A DNA stretch of 64,000 nt, taken from contig JBKBRF010000038.1 of NCBI GenBank assembly GCA_046292385.1, positions 1 through 64,000 of the forward strand, given 5' to 3'. Below, piece after piece: positions 56,897 through 64,000 of this stretch. Below the pieces are notes generated by a model, which was given only the letters and a program-made list of their open reading frames with translations, was not told the DNA's origin and did not search any database. This DNA comes from Armatimonadota bacterium (GTDB lineage Bacteria > Armatimonadota > SYMT01). The stretch's first letter is position 1. Every line of letters starts with the position of its first letter. The translations under genes and the position numbers were made by a program.

Positions 56897-58092
56897 CGCC
56901 ACCTCTCGTGCGCCAGCTTCAGCATCTCCGCCCCGGCCTCCGCGGCGGCGTCCGGCCGGCGGATCTGACGGGTCGCTTCCCGCATCCGCGCCAGACGCCC
57001 CGGGGCCGCGCAGAGCGCGTCCAGCTCGCGTCCTAATTCCCGCATCGTGTCGACCGACACCGCGGCCCCGGCTTTGACCAGGTAGTCGCGGTTCGCGTAC
57101 TCCTGGCCGGGGATCGGGTGGAAGATGATCATCGGGAGCTCCATCGCCAGAGCCTCCGAGGTCGTCAAGCCGCCGGCCTTGGTAACAAGAATATCCGATA
57201 TCGCCATCAATTCCGGCACCACTCGCACGAAGGGGAGGATGCGGAATTCCGGATAGCGGTGCGACTGCAGCTTGAGCCGCGCCATGAGCGAGCGGTCTTT
57301 GCCGCAGAGGAAGAAGCCCTGCACCGGCCGTGCCGCCACCGTGTGAAAAAGCCGCCACGGCTTGCGCATCAGCCCCTGGGCGCCGGTCATCACCAACACC
57401 GTCGGCAGACCGGAACGGAGTCCCCACTTCTCCTGCAGCAGCTCTCGCTGCTCCAGCAGCCCGGTGTTGATCCGGATCGGGATGCCGGTCGCCCGCACCC
57501 GGTCCGTCGGCACGCCGCGCCGGATCAGCCCGTCCCGCACCTCCTCGCTGCCCACCAGGTAGAGATCGGTGTGGTTATGGATCCACTGGTTGTGGACCAC
57601 GTAATCGGTGATCACCGTCGCCACCGGCACCTGCAGCCCCTGCTGCCGCAGGAAGGAGAGCGCTCCGGAGGGAGTGGGATGCACCGCCACGATCAGGTCG
57701 TACTCGTGGTTCTTCAGGTGCTCTTCCAGGGCCCGCACCCCGAGCGTGTTGAGCCAGTGCTGGGCCGGAGAGCGCGGCGGGAGGTCGCGCGTGGTCTCGT
57801 AGAAGATGCGGTAGGCGACCGGCAGCAGCCGCACGCTCTGGGTGTAGCCGACGCTGGCCGCCAGCGTGGTAAACGGGTGGACGAACTCGTCGTAGTAGTC
57901 GAGGATCTCCACCTTCCCGCCGGGGGCGTGGCGCTCCCACCAGTCGGCCAGCGCCTCGGCGACCGTCTTGTGGCCGCCGCCGAAGCGCGCCGAGAGGATC
58001 AGCAGCCGTGGACCCCGAGCCGGCGTGGCCGCCGGCCCGCTTCCCGGCTCAGCCGAGCGCCCCGGCAGCGCCGGATCGATTGTCGCGCTCAT
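56881..58092 (-). CDS. ugtP: MGDG synthase / UgtP-family GT28 diacylglycerol glycosyltransferase
   Basis: SARFGGGH, TVITDY..HNQW, TGIPI, TKAGGLTTSEAL, PIPGQEYAN. Confidence 0.88.
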   Translation of the reverse strand: MSATIDPALPGRSAEPGSGPAATPARGPRLLILSARFGGGHKTVAEALADWWERHAPGGKVEILDYYDEFVHPFTTLAASVGYTQSVRLLPVAYRIFYETTRDLPPRSPAQHWLNTLGVRALEEHLKNHEYDLIVAVHPTPSGALSFLRQQGLQVPVATVITDYVVHNQWIHNHTDLYLVGSEEVRDGLIRRGVPTDRVRATGIPIRINTGLLEQRELLQEKWGLRSGLPTVLVMTGAQGLMRKPWRLFHTVAARPVQGFFLCGKDRSLMARLKLQSHRYPEFRILPFVRVVPELMAISDILVTKAGGLTTSEALAMELPMIIFHPIPGQEYANRDYLVKAGAAVSVDTMRELGRELDALCAAPGRLARMREATRQIRRPDAAAEAGAEMLKLAHERWRWSKT

Positions 58093-58494
58093 CCTCAGTA
58101 CCCCCTCGCCCGGTCCGACCGATTCTACCCGAACGGCGGCTTCGGAACCCGCCTCTCTCCCAAAGAACGCCGGGAGCGCACCCTCGGTTTCGCGCCGCGG
58201 GCTCAATCGGGATTTGCCCCACCATTCTCCTCCGATTTCCCGCCTCCCTGCCCGCCTCCCCCCGGCTCCCCTGCTCTCCGCGGCAGGACGGACCGGGTTA
58301 CCATGCTGGTAGCCGCCCCGCTTCCTCACAGTCTACCCCGCCGCCGGCCCTCCGGTTCGGGACCAGAGACCCAGCGGAGGCGAGGGACGGTCTCGAACTG
58401 AGTGGGCGCCAGGGAGAGTGGGAGCGGGCGGGAAGACGGTTGCACGAGGGCGATCTGTCCGGTGCCAGGCCAGGTCCCCGTGTGAGGGGTCCCA

Positions 58495-58529
58495 AACCTG
58501 CCAACCTGAAACCTGTGAACCTGTGAACC
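58495..58529 (+). repeat. AACCTG(N) short tandem array
   Basis: AACCTGCC AACCTGA AACCTGTG AACCTGTG AACC. Confidence 0.75.
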
Positions 58530-58579
58530 CGCACCGCGCCCTCGTTCTACTACTCACGCAAGACAGCCTGGAGGCGAAG

Positions 58580-59344
58580 GTGATTCCGATTGATCTTTCC
58601 GGTAAGAACGCCCTGGTTACCGGGGCGAGCAGCGGCCTGGGCGCGGAGATGGCGCGCACACTGGCCCGCGCGGGCGCGGGGGTAGTGGTGAACTACCACG
58701 GCAACCGGCAGGGCGCCGAGGAGGTGGCGGAAGCGATCCGCTCCGAAGGCGGCCGCGCGCTGGTGTACCAGGCCGACGTGGCGGACCGCGGCGCCGTCGA
58801 CGCCATGGTCGAGGCGGCGCGGCGGGAGCTCGGGCCGCTCTCCATCGTCGTGAACAACGCCGGCCGGGAGCTGCGCCTCGCCGCCCCGTTCGAGCTGGCC
58901 TGGGCAGACTACCAGCAGATGCTCGACCTGAACCTGCAGGCGATCTACAACACCGTCTCCGCCGCCTACCCGGACATGCAGAGCGCGGGGTGGGGCCGCG
59001 TGGTGAACATCGGCTCCGTCGCCTTCAACCGGCCGTTCCCGGGCAGTGCCGCCTACTCCGCGGCCAAGGGCGCCATGCTCGGCGTCACCCACGCCCTGGC
59101 GAACGAGCTGGGGAAGGACGGGATCACCGTCAACTACGTGGCGCCGGGCTGGATCCCGGTCGAGCGCCACGCGAGCGCGCCGCCGGAAGCGCTGGAAAAG
59201 CTGCTCCAGGAAACCCCGCTGGGGCGCCGCGGAGCCCCCGAGGATATCGCCGGCGTGGTCCTCTTCTTCTGCAGCGATCTCGCCGCCTTCGTCACCGGAG
59301 CCCACCTCCCCGTCGCCGGCGGCCACGGCGGGTACATCTCTTGA
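58580..59344 (+). CDS. SDR oxidoreductase (FabG-like)
   Basis: GGAGG RBS; TGASSGLG, NNAG, YSAAK, VAPGWI. Confidence 0.92.
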   Translation: MIPIDLSGKNALVTGASSGLGAEMARTLARAGAGVVVNYHGNRQGAEEVAEAIRSEGGRALVYQADVADRGAVDAMVEAARRELGPLSIVVNNAGRELRLAAPFELAWADYQQMLDLNLQAIYNTVSAAYPDMQSAGWGRVVNIGSVAFNRPFPGSAAYSAAKGAMLGVTHALANELGKDGITVNYVAPGWIPVERHASAPPEALEKLLQETPLGRRGAPEDIAGVVLFFCSDLAAFVTGAHLPVAGGHGGYIS

Positions 59345-59454
59345 CGGGGCCGGCTCCCTCTCTGCGGCGGCGACGGAGAGACGGAGTAACAGAGGGACGG
59401 AGAGACTGCCGTGCGGCCGGAGTCTTTCCTCCTTCTTCTTCCCTCTTCCGTCTT

Positions 59455-59660
59455 CCCCGGATTCTAGACGAATCGCGCTGACGAGTTTTGAACAGGGTGT
59501 CGATTCTGCTGTCGAAATCGACAGAATCTCACCCCCGGCCCCGGATTCTAGACAGGCCCGACCGAATCGGTCTCTTTCGACACCGGTCCTGTCTAGAATC
59601 CGCAGGCACAGCGGCGGGCGCCTGACTGCCTGGGGACCCCCTGCTTTGAACATCTGAACA
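59455..59660. repeat. Cluster of direct and inverted repeats upstream of recF
   Basis: CCCCGGATTCTAGAC at 59455 and 59539, inverted copy 59588-59602; several TCGACA and TGAACA cores. Confidence 0.7.
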
Positions 59661-59858
59661 TCTCTAATACCACTCCTGAATTCATAGATACTCTGGTTCG
59701 GACTCCTGAGTACCGTGTGCAAAGCGAGCGTTCGGGGGGCTTGCCCCGGGCTGGAGAGGAAAAAACTTTCGGGTGTGGAGCGGTGGCCGGAAGGATCGCG
59801 CCGGGGGAGGGCAGGACTATCCGGGGAGAGCGGGCGGGGATAGAATAGCGTCACGCCG

Positions 59859-60986
59859 ATGATCCTCCGCCACCTCACCCTCCAGCAGTTCCGGAACTAC
59901 CCCAGCCTGCGCCAGGAGCTCTCTCCCTCGCTGAACGTCTTCATCGGACAGAACGCGCAGGGGAAGAGCAACCTCCTGGAGGCGGTCTACCTCCTGGCCA
60001 CCAGCAAGTCGATGCGCGGCAGCCGGGACACGGAGATGATCGCCTGGGACATGCCCGCCGCCATGGTGACCGGCGAGGTGCTGCGCCAGAAGGCGAACGA
60101 CCTCGACCTGGAAGTCTGCCTCTCCCGGACGGAGAAGAAGTCGCTGGTCGTGAACACCATCCATGTGCCGCGGGCGATGGAGTTCATCGGGCAGCTCAAG
60201 GCGGTCTCGTTCAGCAGCTCCGACCTCGAAGTGGTGCGGGGGGAGCCGGCCCGCCGGCGGCGCTTCCTCGACCTGGAGATCGCCCAGCTCAGCCCCGCCT
60301 ACTGCCATGCCCTCGGCTGCTACCGGAAGGTGCTGGAGCAGCGCAGCCGGCTGCTGAAGAGCATGCGCGACCGCTCCATGCGCGCGGTGATGGAAGACAC
60401 GCTGGAGGTCTGGACGGAGCAGCTGGTGGAGTACGGAAGCAAGCTGGTGGAGCGCCGGCAGCTCTTCATCTCCCGCTTGGAGGAGTTCGCCCGTCCGGTC
60501 CACTCCCTCCTCACCGCCGACACCGAGCGGCTCTCCGCCGCCTACCGCCCGTCGTTCAAGGCGCCGGACGACCTGGAGGGGATCCAGCGAGAGTTCCGCA
60601 CCGCGCTGGCCGGCGTGCGGGAAGAGGAGCTGCGGCGCCAGGTCTCGCTGGTCGGCCCCCATCGAGACGACATCCTCTTCCTGGTGAACGGGCGCGAGGT
60701 GCGGACCTACGGCAGCCAGGGCCAGCAACGCACGGTGGCGCTCTCGCTCAAGCTGGCGGAGGTGGAGCTGATGCGGGAGCTCTCCGGGGAGAGCCCGGTC
60801 TGCCTCCTCGACGACGTCTTCAGCGAGCTCGACGCCCGCCGGCGCGCCCACATCTTCGACGTCACCCTCGGAAGCTGCCAGACCTTCCTCTCCACCACCG
60901 ACCTGGAGCTGCTGCCGCAGCCGGTCCAGCAGGAGGCCGAGGTCTTCCGTGTCAGCCAGGGCCAGCTGGCTCGTGTGAAAGGCTGA
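59859..60986 (+). CDS. recF: DNA replication/repair protein RecF
   Basis: QFRNY, Walker A GQNAQGKSN, P.RRRRFLD, GPHRDD, GSQGQQR, LLDDVFSELD. Confidence 0.97.
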   Translation: MILRHLTLQQFRNYPSLRQELSPSLNVFIGQNAQGKSNLLEAVYLLATSKSMRGSRDTEMIAWDMPAAMVTGEVLRQKANDLDLEVCLSRTEKKSLVVNTIHVPRAMEFIGQLKAVSFSSSDLEVVRGEPARRRRFLDLEIAQLSPAYCHALGCYRKVLEQRSRLLKSMRDRSMRAVMEDTLEVWTEQLVEYGSKLVERRQLFISRLEEFARPVHSLLTADTERLSAAYRPSFKAPDDLEGIQREFRTALAGVREEELRRQVSLVGPHRDDILFLVNGREVRTYGSQGQQRTVALSLKLAEVELMRELSGESPVCLLDDVFSELDARRRAHIFDVTLGSCQTFLSTTDLELLPQPVQQEAEVFRVSQGQLARVKG

Positions 60987-61200
60987 GGAGCGCCGGCCGG
61001 AGAATCGCAAACAGATTTAATCTGCGCGCCGGCAAGAGAAGGGTGGAACAAGGGGTATCGTTAGGTTGTCTTTAGATATGTCCAGTGTTTGGGAGGGGGA
61101 TGGAGAGATCCAATCCCGGAACGCACCTCCAGGACTCAAGAAAGGCCGAGCGGAACACTCCCCGCCCGGCCTTCTTCTTGTTTCAGGCGGCAGCCGAGTT

Positions 61201-62931
61201 TCAGCCGCCGGAAGGCGCTGATTCCGCCGGACCTTCCGAGGTGGGCACCACCGCGGGAGCTGCAGACGTAGAGCTCGCCGGCAGCGCCGCCACGGGGCGG
61301 GGAAGCTCCACGGTGGACGTGGCCTGGAGCAGGCGGAGGTCCTGGAAGAACGGGTTGTCGAGCGCCCGGTCGGCGGTGCGGGTGTAGGGGTGACCGGTCA
61401 CCACCGCCGGAAAGCCGCGCTGCACGTGCACCGTGCGGTCCCGCGGATCCGGACGCTCCCGCGCGGAGCCGTTAGCGAACGGCAGGGTGCCGTCGCGCAC
61501 CACCACGATCCGGTCGAGGCGCCACCGCGGCGCGTCGGTCCCGGCGCCGGCGAGCCAGCCGGTGACGGCCGACCACCGGTTCCACAGCGCGATCTGGCGC
61601 TGTGCCCAGTCTTCCCAGCAGTTGCTGCCGATCTGCAGGTCGCGCTGGCGCTCGTGGAAGTAGCGCAGCGTGCTCTCTTCCACCCAGAAGCCGACGGAGA
61701 GGGCGTCGGTCGCCACCGTCAGGCGGTTGTTCTCCTCGCTCAGCTCTTCCGTCTCGTTCCGCGGATCGACCTGTACCTCCAGGTCCTGGCCCTGGGCGGA
61801 CCACGGCAGCGACAGCATCACCTCGGTCTGGGCGAAGCGCGCCAGCTTCGGCAGCTCGCCTTCGAGGATCGTCTTTCCATCGAGCAGGATGCGGATCGTG
61901 GTCGGCAGCGCCGGGCCGGTGCCGTAGTTCTTCACGTGGGCGAACCACTCTACCGGCTTCCCCGGCTTCAGCTCCGCCTGCGGGTGGAGAGAGGCGTCCC
62001 GCGGGGAGCGCTCCACGTGAGTCACTACCCAGTCCGGAACTCCCTTCGCCAGCACTTCCAGCTCCCGCGGCGCGGAGCGTACGCCATCGCGCACGGCGAC
62101 CACCCGCGCCCGGCCCGCCTGGAGCCCTTCCAGGCGGTGGAGCACGTCGACCGCGGCGGTCGATGCGGGACTCACCTCCCAGGTGGCACCCTCCGTCAGG
62201 TTCTGCGTCGCGCCGCCGTCGTAGCGGCCGATCACTCGCAGCGGGAGGCGGTCGCCGACCGCCACGTTCGCGGCGAACGAGTCGACCTCCAGCCCGGAGA
62301 GCGACTGGGAGCACCAGAGTGAGAGATCGGCCAGCGAAACCGGCTCGCCGGAGGCGCGGCTGCACTCCAACCGGAACGCGCCGAGCGGCTTGCCCGCGGG
62401 GAGCGGGGCGCGGTCGATTCTCCCCGGCGACGCGCTGCGCGCGGGGACCAGGAGCTGGTAGCTGCCCCGACGGGCCTTCAGATCGGCCTCCGTCGCCGCG
62501 GCCTCCAGGCTCCAGCGGACCGGCTCCTCGCCGGCAAAGGTGACCTCCACCCCCTGCACCACGCGCGGTCGCCGGAGGGAGACCTGCAGCTCCGCGGGCG
62601 ACTTCTCACGGGCCGGCAGCTCGGCGGCTGTCTTCAGGTGACCGTCGAAGATCTCCCGCAGGCGGCTCGGCTCGAGCTCGGCAGGGCTGACGGTCGCCTC
62701 ACCGGATTCTCGCAAGAACCAGAGGTCGAGGGGAGCGTCGAGCGCGGGCCGGACAGCGGGCTTCGCCGCCGGGACGGGCTTCGCTGCCGGAGCCGGCTTC
62801 GCCGCCGGAGCCGGCTTCGCCGCCGGAGCCGGTCGAGCAGGTGCGGGCTTGCGCGGCGCCGGCTTCCCCTGGGAAGCGGCGGGAACGGCCGCAGTGGCGG
62901 CCGCGGCGAGCAGGGCGAGGCGGTACAGCAT
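61201..62931 (-). CDS. Secreted multidomain protein (PAK-rich linker, discoidin-like, Ig-like and CARDB domains)
   Basis: Signal MLYRLALLAAAATAAVPAAS; Big_2-like GRYDGGATQNLT; CARDB HVKNYG...VDPRNETEELSEENN. Confidence 0.7.
   Translation of the reverse strand: MLYRLALLAAAATAAVPAASQGKPAPRKPAPARPAPAAKPAPAAKPAPAAKPVPAAKPAVRPALDAPLDLWFLRESGEATVSPAELEPSRLREIFDGHLKTAAELPAREKSPAELQVSLRRPRVVQGVEVTFAGEEPVRWSLEAAATEADLKARRGSYQLLVPARSASPGRIDRAPLPAGKPLGAFRLECSRASGEPVSLADLSLWCSQSLSGLEVDSFAANVAVGDRLPLRVIGRYDGGATQNLTEGATWEVSPASTAAVDVLHRLEGLQAGRARVVAVRDGVRSAPRELEVLAKGVPDWVVTHVERSPRDASLHPQAELKPGKPVEWFAHVKNYGTGPALPTTIRILLDGKTILEGELPKLARFAQTEVMLSLPWSAQGQDLEVQVDPRNETEELSEENNRLTVATDALSVGFWVEESTLRYFHERQRDLQIGSNCWEDWAQRQIALWNRWSAVTGWLAGAGTDAPRWRLDRIVVVRDGTLPFANGSARERPDPRDRTVHVQRGFPAVVTGHPYTRTADRALDNPFFQDLRLLQATSTVELPRPVAALPASSTSAAPAVVPTSEGPAESAPSGG
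62757..62832 (-). repeat. Coding 18-bp tandem repeat (PAPAAK)n
   Basis: GGCTTCGCCGCCGGAGCC repeated about 4 times. Confidence 0.85.
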
Positions 62932-62977
62932 AGAGATCCACCCGGTGTTGTCGGAGAACGGTAAAGTCCGGCGGCGG

Positions 62978-63379
62978 TTAGACCGATCCAGGCATTCCGA
63001 GAACAAGGTCGGACGATTGGAGAGCAGCCGGCAGTAGAGCCAGGGCAGATTTGATCTCCCAGTTGGCCGGGTTGGTGATCCAGAGACCCCCGGCCACCAC
63101 GTAGAGCGCGAAGAACCCGCCCCCTACCAGCAGGAGTAACAGCCCTAAGCGCAGCGCCCAATGGATCCGCAGGCTCCAGACCCAGGCGCCGAGCGCCCCT
63201 AACAGACCCCCTACCAACCCGCCCCCGATACCCCAGGCCCAGGCAGGCTGCAGCTCGAAGCCGCCGACGATCACTCCGCCTGCCACGGCGCCGGCGACCA
63301 CCCACCACCGCTCGCCTCCGCGTCGCGGGGGCTGCCGGCCAGCCGCCGTCTCCTCTTCGGCGGGCGCTCTCTCTCCCAT
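62978..63379 (-). CDS. Hypothetical membrane protein
   Basis: Three Gly/Trp-rich hydrophobic segments; ATG after GAAGGA. Confidence 0.55.
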   Translation of the reverse strand: MGERAPAEEETAAGRQPPRRGGERWWVVAGAVAGGVIVGGFELQPAWAWGIGGGLVGGLLGALGAWVWSLRIHWALRLGLLLLLVGGGFFALYVVAGGLWITNPANWEIKSALALLPAALQSSDLVLGMPGSV

Positions 63380-63463
63380 CCGGCGGGTCCTTCCCGGGAG
63401 AGACACCGCTCCCCTGCCAGCAGTCTACCGTGGAACCGCCGCGGCGGCATCAATCGGGGCAGC

Positions 63464-63809
63464 GGGACAGAGAGACAGAGGGACAGAGGGTGGTGGGAGC
63501 TGCGAGCGGACCTGGTCCTCTGAGTGGACGGGTGCCCCTGAAGGAGCACCCTGTCTGTTTCGGAAGGACGCTGAAGCGCCCTGCGCTCACGCGAGAACAC
63601 TCCGCAGTACAGCGCCCTTCAGGGTGCTTCGGAGTAGGACAGCCGGGTCCTTCGGGGCTCGGCGTCCGAGCCGGCCGTGCCCCTCCCGGACCGAGCTGGC
63701 GAGAACGTGTCGGAAGTACCGGGCCGCCAGCGAGCAGGAGCAAGAGTAAGAGCAAGAGCAGGATCATCCGCTCACGGATGGTTCGGATTCATCCCTCATC
63801 TTTCATCCC
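63464..63809. repeat. Non-coding composite repeat element
   Basis: Octamer array GGGACAGA/GAGACAGA, internal palindromes, hexamer array GAGCAA, terminal heptamer array TCATCCC. Confidence 0.6.
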
Positions 63810-63840
63810 GGAGCGGTAGTTGTTATGCCAGAGATAGGAC

Positions 63841-64000
63841 TCACTGGCAGGCAATGGTAGGCCTGCTCTGGTAGTCCCAGTAGGAGGTAGCTCCTCCGGA
63901 TGTCCGGAACCGCGTGGGAGCGGGTATCCATGCGCCTTCCAGTTCGTGAACCCGGTGCGGACGCGGACCCGTTAGCCCATAAGTTGGTTGAATGGCAACC
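63841..64000 (-). CDS. Possible 3' end of a gene cut by the window edge
   Basis: Frame open from the edge to TGA at 63841 (...GGATSYWDYQSRPTIACQ*); no recognisable motif. Confidence 0.3.
   Translation of the reverse strand, partial: VAIQPTYGLTGPRPHRVHELEGAWIPAPTRFRTSGGATSYWDYQSRPTIACQ

Noticed and set aside
47126..58529. Short repeat arrays as CRISPR
   Set aside because: Units are 7-8 bp without unique spacers and there are no cas genes.
61012..61085. Palindrome CAGATTTAATCTG and AT-rich tract as a dif site
   Set aside because: No match to the XerD arm TTATGTTAAAT, and an origin-proximal context argues against it.

Overview
High-GC bacterial chromosomal window from a diderm organism. The gene content would fit an Armatimonadota/PVC-like lineage, but that is inference only. 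It holds about 41 credible CDSs. Housekeeping genes are rluD-like, ABC-F/uup, parB with a nearby parS, recF and an SDR. Accessory loci are a tandem-duplicated pair of secreted HAF-repeat/CARDB proteins with a relic rluD fragment, two tandem cytochrome-c/DUF1549/DUF1553 + DUF1501 pairs, an RND efflux operon with TetR, two sulfotransferases and a UgtP + MFS + YkoP-like glycolipid locus. No rRNA, tRNA, CRISPR array, transposase or integrase was recognised. The most striking observation is a three-gene locus at 30.3-35.0 kb: a membrane-anchored HD-GYP/GAF protein, a small secreted protein whose predicted mature N-terminus is HFVWGE, and a secreted subtilisin whose C-terminal tail carries A-HILWGE twice. 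The shared motif suggests a protease-released or tethered peptide signal coupled to cyclic-dinucleotide turnover. The window also has a family of short-repeat elements, one copy of which sits in frame inside a gene. Domain calls come from motif recognition by eye; no database searches were run.
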